A stretch of 63,755 bases of DNA, the filler included, from Perkinsus chesapeaki ATCC PRA-425 (lineage: Eukaryota; Protista; Perkinsozoa), in the NCBI GenBank assembly GCA_013115145.1. It is 6 parts of 6 records of this genome, joined end to end, with 100 filler letters (N's around TTAATTAATTAA, not from the genome) between each part and the next. Parts side by side here need not be neighbours in the genome. Positions count along the whole stretch, not along the records: positions 25,234 to 43,618 come from JAAPAO010000664.1; positions 43,719 to 52,846 come from JAAPAO010000948.1; 4 more parts are not named here. One strand, 5' to 3'. The translations under genes were made by a program, and so were the position numbers. Of this stretch, positions 37,835 through 49,383 are shown piece by piece; position 1 is the first letter of the stretch; every line of letters begins with the position of its first letter. Under the pieces are notes generated by a model. That model made no database searches and had not been told where the DNA came from. It worked only from the letters and a program-made list of their open reading frames with translations.

Positions 37835-40145
37835 TTGTGTGTGGCGCCACAAAAGCAATTTTGAGATCTCATTGGCATCGGCTTATGGGCTACTCCCAAC
37901 GGGGATATTCTCGGATTCACTCATGTCTAAAAGTGCCCCACTGCTCCTACCTTTCAAATGATAGTAACAAATACTTTTTATTCTTACTTAGACAGAGCTA
38001 CTAAGTACCCGCTACTAGCATATCACTAGTGAGTCAAAGCCGCTGAGTTATGATAGTTCTGTAAGTGGAGTAATAATATCCACTGTCCACTACTAGTGGA
38101 CCACTAGGTATACAAGCAACACTTGCTAGTGACAATAGTGTACTGGTGAAGACCGAGAACAAGCTCGTGTCCTTCCGGTTGAGAATTCGTTTTAGGTCTA
38201 TGTCTGATAGAGCGAGTTCCGGGACAATCTTGAGCGTCGGTAGAGAAAGAAAATTAACGAGAATTGTCGAAATCTGAGAAACTTAGTCACGTGGCCACCG
38301 ACGAACGTGAGTTCGCCATCACCAAGTGGGAGACACAAGTATTAGTAACAATGACAAGAAAATTAGTAGCGGGGGTACCCTGTCATTGCTATCGGGTTAT
38401 GCGAATCACTCTCAAAATACCTCCTAGTGCCAAGAATATCGGGTAAAGAGATCAAAGGCAGCTCGATGAGGTCCACTAAAAGTTACGCTCGTGGAACTGC
38501 ATGAGACTCAATCGTTCTGTCGTAAGCGGCAGCCAGATGGGAAGTATCCATTCTGACTGCCTGAAGTGATCAGGCTTGAGTCGTGTGACTCACACGATAT
38601 GCGATTTTGGGAAAAAGCGCATATGTAGTGAAAAAGGGTAGCAAGACTTGCTGAGCAAGTATTTCTGGAATTCCTGGTTCCAGTCAGACTGGCAGTGCCA
38701 GTCAGAGGTTCTGACTCAGAACCGCTGCACTCAAGCTGCCATAGTTTTCCAAGCTAGGGGCAAATGACAAGCGCTATTGCACAAGAGAATCAGGAATGTC
38801 AATCCGGGTCCATGATGGACCGTGACGGTCCGACCGTCCATGCATTCGATGGAATGCAGACTCTGCATTGGAGGGTAATACGAGTTTGTTCGACAAATTT
38901 TGTCACGATATATCTCGTTGCAGTTTGTTCAGATTGAATCATTCCTATGCCTACAAGGTCCGGGGATTCCCCGATGACATCGGGTGAATAATAGCATTGT
39001 TCTCTCAGGTTACGCCGTAACCGTAAGCGCAGACTGCTCTAACAATGGAAGCTTCATAGTGAAACAACTAGGCTAGTGAGTTACTGGCAGTGAATCACTG
39101 CCAGTGACGCAGCGTCACTGACGCTGGCCTTCTCTATCGGCTGTAGTTCGCACTACACTCGTGCTGCCACGAGTGTGGCACGCTCGCAAGTCTCCACTTC
39201 CCCAAGCACTTGTGATGTCGATTTTTGACAGCATCAAGTTGTGCGGCACAAGCTGGGGGTCGCACAAAAAGTCGGCTGCTTAGAGCAGCCGCATTCAGCC
39301 TCACTGGACTCCAGTGGCTGGACTACTACTCTTGAGAGGGCTACAAGCGAATGCGGGCACAAATTGTATCTTTACTACCGTACAATACGATTACTATTGA
39401 TACCGAAGGTCCTGATGCAGCAGTCCTGGATACTCATAGGGTTAGTATCGCTGCAGAGAACTGTGATGGCCTGATCTTTGACCAGACACAGTCACATGAG
39501 GAATACTTGTATAAGTAGCCTCGAACGTGCCAGGTAAGCTGCGCAAGGTAAGAGTAGTGTATATCGTGAAGCCTTGATTGTCATAGTGACAATATCACTG
39601 ACAATTTTTCAGGGCCTGAAATGGCTGCAGAATTGCAACGAGCGTACGGTTTCATCCGCGCCTTCATGACTGTCATGACATGACATGATGTCTTCATCAT
39701 GGTCAATCTATGGTAGAGACATTACATATGTCGGAGTGAACCCAGCGGGGTTCGAAGCTCACACTTCTACGTACCGCTAATAGTGTCCCCATTGGAGACC
39801 CCCCAAGTACCAAGTCAATCACCGCGCGCTCCGTATAGCGTATACAGTATCCGGGATACTCAAACGGCTACCGGTTTCTTCATTGCTAGCCGCACAAGCG
39901 GAGCGAGTCACACACCGCGTGTTATGCTAACCGTGACACTGTCACGGTGTATATGTAAACGGTATGAAGATAGGACAGTTGGTAATATAACCAGTTAACC
40001 TATTACATAGTCGCTCGTGGGAACTGTAATATACCCTCATGCCTGCCAACAGGAAACCTCTTGTGCACAAGTAGATGATGAACGTGTAGGCCTTTGAATC
40101 GGTGACACCCACGCCGCGGAGGCCCTTGACGAATTTTGGCGGACG

Positions 40146-40215
40146 GGATTTTTAGCTTGCGCGAAAATTGTGTTTTACGGGGGTAATGCACAATTTTCGC
40201 GCAAGCTAAAAATCC
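40146..40215. repeat. Perfect 27-bp inverted repeat with 16-nt spacer (MITE-like hairpin)
   Basis: GGATTTTTAGCTTGCGCGAAAATTGTG / CACAATTTTCGCGCAAGCTAAAAATCC. Confidence 0.85.
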
Positions 40216-42260
40216 ACCCCGCGAAAATTCAACGTGGGGGGTAAAGTGACTTCTGTGACTGCGTCTTGGTAGTATCAAGTTGATACATCCGTATTTCGCC
40301 AATAACTGCGGGCGGGGAACTGGTCGTACTAACCACCGACCGGCAGTTTGGCATCCCTATCATGTCATGATAATCATGATGATACTATCACCATGGTCTG
40401 GCGTAGCCTAGGGATTCCCTGGTAGGGAAGTTTTCTGGCTCGTCATATGGCCGGGCCCTGAACTGTTCCACTCTGCACGAAGTGCACGAAAAGCTACTTA
40501 GCCAATGAATTGAGTCCTACAACGTATCTAGAGCGAAGGCGACCGCCGAGGTCTTTGTGATATAGTTACAGCATGAGTGCTGAGACGATCGCTGCACGGC
40601 GTGCAGTGTTCATCTGTGTACTGTGCTGTGCTCATCGTTGCCGGGCAACTTGACAGCGCTAACTTGGCACTGCCAAGCTACGCGAAACGTGGGGTGCATC
40701 GGATTCACTGTATCATATCAAACAGGACGTAAACTAAACCGTTCCATGGTAATCGTAGCACAAACCATCCGCAACTCTCACGCAATGTGTCACACAATTT
40801 GTGTGATATCGTTGGCGGGGCCAACTTGGCCAATGATCTCATTCAATCTCCGTCAGCCAACTGGTGTTCAAGTCGTCAATACCAATTGACTGGCGGAGTC
40901 TTGAATTTCGAGATCAAGTTTTCTTGTTCGTCCGACGCAACATCACAATGCTGTTTTTTATGATTTTGAGAGCCTCGATCTCGCACCATAGTTAGTCTCA
41001 TAATGCGACTCACAATATAACTGAATGATTAACGGGATTGAATGATGGGAACTAACTGCAATAGATATGTAGCAGACAGTACCCACCGAGTGCATACCTC
41101 ACACTGCATATGGAGCAAGTTACAGGGGCCGTGCTAGATACTTCCCACTAAAAAGTAAAACTAATAAAGTTTCTATATGCAGGTGGGATGTGATTCCCTG
41201 CGAGAGCTCAGTATCTCGAGAATGTAAACCCACACAGGTTATCCGAGTGGTTCCTAAGACCCTTTGGCTAAGGCCGCTGGACATCCGGGTCTACCCAGGC
41301 CTCTGCCACCAGAGAGGACAGTGGTACCGTCACTGTGACGGCGTCACAGTCTGCGACTTACAGTACTTCGAAGGAGATTAAATTTCCGGGATTCGCGTAG
41401 CCGAATTCGTTTCGCAGGAAGCGAGGATTCTGGATGGCTCACGGTGAGCGGCTCACCCGCAGTACGGTCTCGGCACTGTCAATTGATGGCTTCAGTTGCT
41501 CGGAACTATTGGGTCCTCCTACAGTACGACGCCGAGCCGTCGACTGGTACTATACTGCGATGACCAACGGGTGAGTAGACCGGTCCGGCTCCAAGTTAAA
41601 TTGCTTAACGACGGTTTAACCGGGAGGTAGCCCGTTCAACGGGGAATGTTGACAATCTCGTCCATCGAGAGGAAAGAGATCGAGGTCTTTAGTTCACCGA
41701 CGGTGAATCACCGTGAACTGTTCACGACATGTATAGGATACATTGTATCTTTATTCCTTTAAAAAAGAATGCCCTATCCTCAATTGCTGCAGCAGCAATA
41801 AAGTAGACTACGGTCAATAGTCCTGCAGCTGTACTGAACACGTGTTCTGACAGTCAGAATCTGGAAATCCCGGGATTAAATCGGGAATCCCGATTCGGGA
41901 TTCGCTAAGGACTGCTCCGGGGATTAGAGTTCCGGACAACACGAACCATGTTGCACACTGTGCAGTCCACAGTTGGAAAACTTGTTACTAATATGCTTGT
42001 CAGGGTTACTAATACTTGTGTCATCCACTTCACCTCGCACGAATGACCGGACTAAGTTTGGTGGACTGGCGAACACAAAACCTGTACTGTAGGTCTCCTG
42101 TAGGTTCCTGTTCGCCTCACTGAGCCTTTTAAGTTCAAGACTTAAACGTTAGAGCTATGGTATGGATGTTCAGTTAACATTGTTTACTGAGCATTACATG
42201 TGCGCTCTACGTGCAATGTGTTTATATCACATTGTAGATATTTTTCTGCTGTTCACTCGG

Positions 42261-42727
42261 ATGATCTACTCACTTAAACTACTCCTTCAACTATTTATCC
42301 TAGGGTACGTCAGTAGTGGTTATGAATATCCCCGACAACCCTATCCTATCAAGCCTTATGATGGTACGTATGGTGTGACTTACAAGAACCCTTTGAAAGG
42401 GTCCCTTTCCTCAATTTGAGGGTCATTGTCAACTCGCCCGATCAAACTATGCAGATCACCTTCAGCTGCGGCTCTGGTGCTAGGCCATATGATTACACAT
42501 TCAAGTTCGACGACGTTGGTGACACTCTTGACCTTGATGTGGTCTCCGGCGGTACTATCATTGAACCGTACAGGGACATGCTGCGTCAGTTCGGTCAACG
42601 TTGCCCGTGGTTTGAGAAAGGACCGCCTGTCATGCCAAGTCTACAGTACTACATCGTGAATGTGGCGAACAATACTCTTAAAACCAGTATAACTCAGAAG
42701 GCCGTCTATTTGATGAAGCAGAAGTAA
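42261..42727 (+). pseudogene. Small secreted-protein gene with a single frameshift (or sequence error)
   Basis: The signal-peptide frame MIYSLKLLLQLFILGYVSSG...YDGTYGVTYKNP stops at 42419. An overlapping frame continues ...RVIVNSPDQTMQITFSCG... to 42727. Confidence 0.5.
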
Positions 42728-43618
42728 ACAAAATAACGAAATCGGCCTCCGAAATGGGTTGCTTGCACCAGGTCATCGTACACGGTTAGGAGCACCAAGT
42801 TATTCGGAGTGGCTGATTCTACTTTCTGCAGGTTTATGTCGATTTTCTTTTACCTATTAATTCTATTATTATTGCTTTTGGAATCGGTCTCAGACTTTTT
42901 GTCCAGCAACTCTCTGTTCAATATTTAACCGTTCGTAATGCGCAGATAGATGAGTGGCCGTAATGTCGAGGAAAACCTTTCTATGGATTACACGGTATGG
43001 AAAACTCAGTATCCAATACTGTTCTGTCAATTGGTATAACACAACCTTATCTGGGTATTGCGTTTACTGATGCGGGCAGATAGTGATAGTTCATCCCCAC
43101 ATTGTTGAGTTAGTAACTCATTGAGTTACTAACTCCGAGTTACGTAGTAATAGCGATCACCTCTAGAATAGATTGATCGATGAGAGACATGACTATCGCG
43201 TTGCTTGAATCTATTAGCCATTCTGTAGTGTCGCAGAGGCTGCAATATAGATCATAAAGGTAAACGCAATACTCTTGGCTAAGTAGAGAATGAAGACAGA
43301 AGGATCGAAATTATAGTCTTGAATTCATAATTTCATCGGTAATTACTGATATCAGTGTTGTTGTACTGTATTTATAGCAACGCTTGTCCGTTTAACTGAT
43401 CTGGGTTAAAATGGGTAAAAAGACGTCATAGTAGTATTTTGCACAGGGCGATAGCACGATCGCTGAGATGGTTCTACGAAGAGAGCCACAATCGGTGTGG
43501 GCCTTATAAGAGATACGAAATGTTAAAGTACTGGATGAAAGCATCTCTGTTCCATCTCGGAGATGGAAGTGGGAAAGTTGCGAAACGTGCTTTACTTCGC
43601 TCCGTCGTGACATCAGTT

Positions 43619-43718
43619 NNNNNNNNNNNNNNNNNNNNNNNNNNNNNNNNNNNNNNNNNNNNTTAATTAATTAANNNNNNNNNNNNNNNNNNNNNNNNNN
43701 NNNNNNNNNNNNNNNNNN
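43619..43718. other. Artificial contig spacer
   Basis: 44 N + TTAATTAATTAA + 44 N. Confidence 0.99.
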
Positions 43719-43845
43719 AACCACCTCCCAGGGTATATTGAAGTTACTAAACCACCTCCCAGGGTATATTGAAGTTACTAAACCACCTCCCTGGTGAAAC
43801 TGAAGTTACTAAACCACCTCCCTGGTGAAATTCAAGTTACTGAAC
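43719..43845 (+). repeat. 31-bp tandem repeat (AAACCACCTCCCAGGGTATATTGAAGTTACT) x ~4, degenerating inward
   Basis: Period 31 (43721, 43752, 43783, 43814); truncated by the spacer. Confidence 0.95.
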
Positions 43846-45193
43846 CAGAATCTTAACGTAAACTTCGCTCGCCTGTCGTTGGAAAGGTGTAGATCGTCAA
43901 GTGCTTATCTTACGCACTAACTATTCCTCAGTACATTATTGACACAAATGCATGACATGCACAACATTCTGTCATCTACATGCTTACCTTTATCAGATCA
44001 TCTATCACTTGTACCCGTAGGCTACGGGTACGAGTGATTCACTCGGAGTGAAAGATGATTTTGTACGGGACGTAGGTAACCTACGGTAGGTGAATGGAGG
44101 TCAAATACTGTCCGCTTTATCATTACAAAGCATTAGATGTCATTCAAACCCATCGACAGCACGAATCCTAATGTTTCACGTCCCAATATGCTCAAGTATT
44201 GACTTATTTTGCTTGAATTTCATACGACTGGCTTGCAAAAGTTATGCTCCGGGCGAGCGGAACCATGCTTGCTTGACACCATCCGCTGATGATTGGATCG
44301 ATACCGTTACCCGTGAGAATTCGGTTGACCGTGTGCGGACACTCGGCACTGGTAGCTACCCGATTCTGGTAACCAAACTGTTATACTCGTCGACGGTTGA
44401 CCGTCAACCCGAAGTCACGGACTATAGTCGCGTGCCAAGAAATCAGGTGTATGACCTGTTTAGCATAGTCGCGCTGCGCGGCCTTTCTCGAGGCACCAGG
44501 AAGCATTTGCTGGTGGGCGGTAGACGACGGACTAAACGGACTTATTACAAGCGCAACGAAATGCATAATTATGAAGCGAAAAGGAAATGGTGGGAGGTGC
44601 AATAGGCAGTGCACTCTGGTTTTGCGCCGTCTAGTTGTGTAGCAGCCGTCTGTTGCCGTACTGTATGCAAACTGTTATCATTTTAGTTGTATCACACCAA
44701 CATGTCTACTCTTCCATGTGTGAAAGAATTGTGGATCTGCTCAACTGTGAAAGCCTACAATGTTGTCACGCTTGATTGTTGGGATATCCTAGATCATGGA
44801 TTGTTTCATAGCTGAAGTTCTGTCGAATTTGACGCAGTAGGGTGGGATATGTGGAGGTACTGCAGGAGCAGGCTTGGAATGGGAGGATGCAGTGATGCGT
44901 AAGAGCAGCTGAAGGGACTGGATACTCCTGCATTCGGGTCCTAGAGAGCCACCTATTGTGGCATTTCCACATTAGGACTCACGGCCAGTTGCCACACTTT
45001 ACCGTTCCCCTGCCAAACTGACGTCTGCTAGGTGCCAGATGTTCTATAACGCAAACAAAGCTCTGGTCATTACGTTTAAATCTTTTTGCTGTTGTTGAGC
45101 ACAGTTGGGAGTTCAGATGGAACGTGTGGTAGTGTTGCTTACAACGCTCTTGTATCCTCTCTGTCCGTTGCTCTATAAAGTTCTGCTTTGTAA

Positions 45194-46777
45194 ATGAGCC
45201 CTTCAACATTGTCCCATCGGCGTGAATCAAATTCCGACGCTCCGACCGCTACTACCGTGAAACGTAACGCAGCCGACCATGATGGAGATGGACTGAGCAG
45301 CTTTGATGAGTCCACTGAGTTAATGTGTCGGATATGCTTCAGTCCTGGAGAGAACAAAGGAAATGAGCTGATCGCTCCTTGCATGTGCAAGGGTTCCCAA
45401 AAGGTAGACAACATTTTGACATCTTACTTAAGCGTAATTGCAGTGGGTGCATGTATCATGCCTTCGACGATGGCAGCGCACAATGCAAGGACTATTCCCT
45501 GAAGATATTGGTAATGAACGTGCCAGAAAATGCGCCGTCTGTCAAGTGGGTAACGGTGGTTAGTCCCTTCTTGCTAGCTTCATGGTATTTAGAGTCGGTT
45601 CAGTCTCGCTCCGCCGGATAGGCCTCTGTGGGAGAGGCTCTGGGCGTTAACAAAAGACTCCGTATTGACCATAGTTACGATAACCTTTGCGATATTCCTT
45701 AATCGGTCGCTGGTCATTGTAGCATCAGTTGCTGTTATGCTCGTCTTAGCCTACAGGTAGAGATCGCATGTTCGCTCAACTCATATTTCTTCAGGTGTCC
45801 ACTTGTCTGTGCCGCCATGGTTATCGCTATTTGTGCGTCTCTCCATTCGTTTGGCATTAGGCCAGTTATCACGCATGATGACGAAGGGGGATTTCGAGTC
45901 GCGCTTATTCGGCATGGTCCTCCGGTCGACAACTTTCATAATGGAGCGCTGCTCATTGCAAATGACAACTTCAGTGAGTTATCCGTGATATACTCACCTC
46001 GCATTTCACCACTTGCTCGTTAGTCGGGCCTGGTTCGATCTTCTTTCGGAGCGTGATGCTCGTCATAGAGCACGATCACCTTGGCTCCTTGGCGTTGATC
46101 CTCAATAAGCCTCTAGCAAGATCCTCAATCACCGTCTCTCACGAAGAGGAGGAGAAGGATATGGAGTTCCTTACAGTTCAAGGAGGGCCAGTTCGGATAA
46201 ACGAACAGCGAAGAGTGCGGCGCGTTAAAGACTTCGCACCCATTTTCGATCCTTCAAACTCTGTATTGGTTAACGATCCTTCCTCAGATCATTCATACAG
46301 CACCAGGAGTTCCAGGTGCACGAGTGATTCTCCGGTCGCAAAGACAAGATACCGTTGTATATCTCGGAGGCGAGATATCCAGTGTTACCGAGGCCGCTGT
46401 TGGGCAATTGCCGAATGCTACGCACGAAGTTAATCACGATGAGGATGAAGATGCTCGAGCGATCATATTTGATGGTTGCGCTCGGTGGTCACCGGGCCAA
46501 CTTCATGGGGAGCTCAGAGCTGGTTCTTGGAGGTGGCTCAACCCACCGTGGCCGGAAGAAGTATGTGGTAGACTTGCCAGATCGTTTGCAATATTAACGT
46601 GGCAGTCGATATCTGCAACAGTCGATGATTATCCAATCATTTGCTTCATTTCAGATTCTGTTGAGCGCTTTTAAGCAGCACGGGGCAGCTGTTGACAACG
46701 GCGAGGCCATGCACAGGAATATAATGAATAACTACGGAGGGCAGCTTTTGGAGTTTGACGCTGATCGTATATTGTGA
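45194..46777 (+). CDS. RINGv (MARCH-type RING-CH) - TM - DUF179 (AlgH/YqgE) fusion protein
   Basis: CRICFS...LIAPCMCKGSQK|WVHVSCLRRWQ...CAVC, then hydrophobic segments, then FFRSVMLVIEHDHLGSLALILNKP, QGGPV and FDGCARWSPGQLHGELRAGSW. Confidence 0.85.
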
Positions 46778-46982
46778 AGAAGCGTAGAAGCGTTACAGAT
46801 TGTACCATAACCCTCTATGTTGTTGTCACAAGTTCTCATACAATCCTCCAGCAACTATCGTGAAGCTCACCAACTTTATTTTCACTATTACGGATATTGA
46901 TTTCTCATTTCACTACGAGGCGTTGTGTTTCCACACAGTTCTCTCAGGGATCGCATTACTTCAAGCTGTAGTGTACAAGTGT

Positions 46983-48003
46983 ATGCTTGTTGAAGCTAAT
47001 GGCCTTACTTTAACGAGAAGGTCTTTCGCAACATGGTGTGCACCCTTCATTTACCCCACCTTGGAGGATATCCTCGCAAGAGATGGTCCATTGCCACATA
47101 CTCTAGTCATGGCGGATTCAATAAAGTATCTTTATATTCAAAGTCATTCGTCTGCGCTGATGTTGCCTCGTTGGGTTGTCGTCTGTCCAATCCTATTTCA
47201 CGCGATCGTTGAATACCTTGAAGGCCCCAACACTATAAACACGCTGTTAGCATCAATTGGCCATTCCAGTAGACTTTATTTTGCATGTGTAGAAGAGATG
47301 TTGATCTCCTCGCAGGTTTTCAAGTAACGGCGGTAGCATCCTACGGCACAGTTATCTTCTTGGAGCATCAGGTGTACTTTTCGGCACCACTCAGGGGAAT
47401 GATTCTCGACTGTCGATGTATGTTATATATTAGTCGTTATAACCCTTGCCGCGGTATCCTGCATCAGGTCGTGGGCAAGGTCTGCCTTGAGGATGTCTAT
47501 GTGCTACAAGCGGGGTGGCTGCCCTGTGGTGCTGAACTGTGACATTATTTCAGCGATCGAGACGCTCAAGACTGAGTTAGGCTACATCGTGGCCGTCAAT
47601 GCTAGCGGTTATGTTGGTAAGACATCTATGAAGGTGAGCTTTAAGTTTAGTATTTCTTGTCGCAGGAGGTAATGTACATGAATTTAGTTTTGTTCCAGGC
47701 CAGTGATCTGTGCTGCAAGAATTCAAGCCTTGATTTCATTTCGAAGCCAAGAGTCCTTTTCGTCACTGGCGGGGAAGAACCATTGAAAGCGGATGAGTTG
47801 GTCGAGAAGGCGGACGTTACGTGGAAGGTGAGTAGCTCATCTCGATTCAATGCCCATTAGCAGCGTTAGGTATCTGCTCTACCTCCTGCTGAATTCAGCT
47901 ATAATGTAAGCTGCGCTTTAACGTTAGCCCTTTATGAAAGATTCAAAGTAACCCGAGATTGGCCCAGTCCATCTGCTATACCACCTACTTGCATGCCGCC
48001 ATA
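46983..48003 (+). CDS. SpoU/TrmH-like (SPOUT) RNA methyltransferase homologue, copy 1
   Basis: PHTLVMADSI|..NGGSILRHSYLLGAS, RVLFVTGGEEP, ADVTWK and FSYNVSCALTLALYER. N-terminus MLVEANGLTLTRRSFAT. Confidence 0.72.
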
Positions 48004-48096
48004 GTGCATCTTGTTTCCGCCGTGTTTCAGCGTTTATGGAGCTGAATGTTTGCGTTCCTCCAAGTGCAAGTTGGTCAGCTTCCGCAGCCTATTTTA

Positions 48097-49320
48097 ATGT
48101 TTTCTCGAAGCTTCCAGAGTGGTGTCTCGCCTAGCGTGGGTCGACGTCGTTGCTTTTCTGTATGGACGGAAAAGTACACAGGCGCGTCCCTCAATGACGT
48201 ACTGCATGGCGGCGAGTCTGGCGTTAAGCCACACACTTTGATTCTTCTCAACGACGTCGAGTAGGCTTTGCGTGATGCACTTGAGGTCTTCGATATCCAT
48301 ATCAGAAACCCAGGAGTTGTCGCCAGTGTTATACGAAACTGCCATTTGCTGGGAGCGTCCGCTGTTATCCTAGGCAGCACCAGGGGAGCATCATATACAC
48401 AGTGAGATGGGAAAGCAGAGAGCCTATCATTTGAGGATCTCAAGATCATGGGTTGTCGATAAGGTCGCCGTCGAGCTCACCGTTCCCGCTGGATGATCTC
48501 CTGTGCAACAACCATTAAAGCAGATGTTGTCGGACCTATGCTGTCTACGGTTGTTCTTGTCCTAGTCCATACGGCGCACCTGATGCTGTCGCTTCTCAAC
48601 AATAATCCTCCAGCTTCGAACTGTTGTCAATCTGGTTTCAGCTTTATCTTTGCTACTTCGCAGCTTCGTATTTAACTCCTTTGTTTCCCACTACTCTAAC
48701 CTTTTCCTCGTTCGTAGGTCCTTCCTGAAGACTTGCCTTCGGCACTCAATGGTTTACTGCTTCGGAGGACCACACCTTATTTCTGGCGTCGAGTCAATAA
48801 AGACTATTCGTATGCTTTCCTCGACTGACTACGGTTATAGTGTAGGGACTCTGTCTTATGAGCATCTGACCGATAATGTGAGTCATTATCATTTCCCGTT
48901 TTCACGTACCTCTCCTTCACGTGGAGCTGTGGCTCTCCCTGGCCCTCCGGTCCTCACAGCAGTTGTTGTCTACTATCAGGGAATCCCCACTGTGGACCTG
49001 AGTGACGCGGCGGACAAGTCAGGTTTGCTGAAGAACTCTTTCTTGTTGATGACAGTTGATGGCTCACGTTCCACCCCCGACGACCCTCTCAGTTATGAAG
49101 CCGACTTTCGTATGCAAGTAGTTGTGTGAACCGCGACTCTCGCTTCACTTGTGTATATCAGATGCCGTTTGATCTTGGTATTAACCACAGCTTGGCAATA
49201 GCTATGCTGCAGCGGTATAGGCTTACCAAGGAGTGGCCGAGGCCCCCTGCATGTACACCTACCGTTCTGCGGTACCCTAATGTATCCAAGACCGACATTT
49301 CCATGAACCTTGTTTCTTGA
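48097..49320 (+). CDS. SpoU/TrmH-like homologue, copy 2 (most degenerate)
   Basis: PHTLILLNDVE|NPGVVASVIRNCHLLGASAV, FLLMTVDGSR and FDLGINHSLAIAMLQRYRLTKEWPRPP. N-terminus MFSRSFQSGVSPSVGRRRCFS. Confidence 0.68.
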
Positions 49321-49383
49321 CGTGTTTCTGGAAGGAAATCTCTCTCGGTGTTCTGGCATGTTGATCAACTGCTTTTTGTTCTC

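Noticed and set aside
43719-43845. 31-bp repeats as a CRISPR array
   Set aside because: Units are directly adjacent with no unique spacers, no cas genes are present, and the context is eukaryotic.
44090-45230. ORFs 44090-44605 (+) and 44979-45230 (-) as genes
   Set aside because: No motifs; the first begins at a palindrome chain and the second overlaps the start of the RINGv gene.
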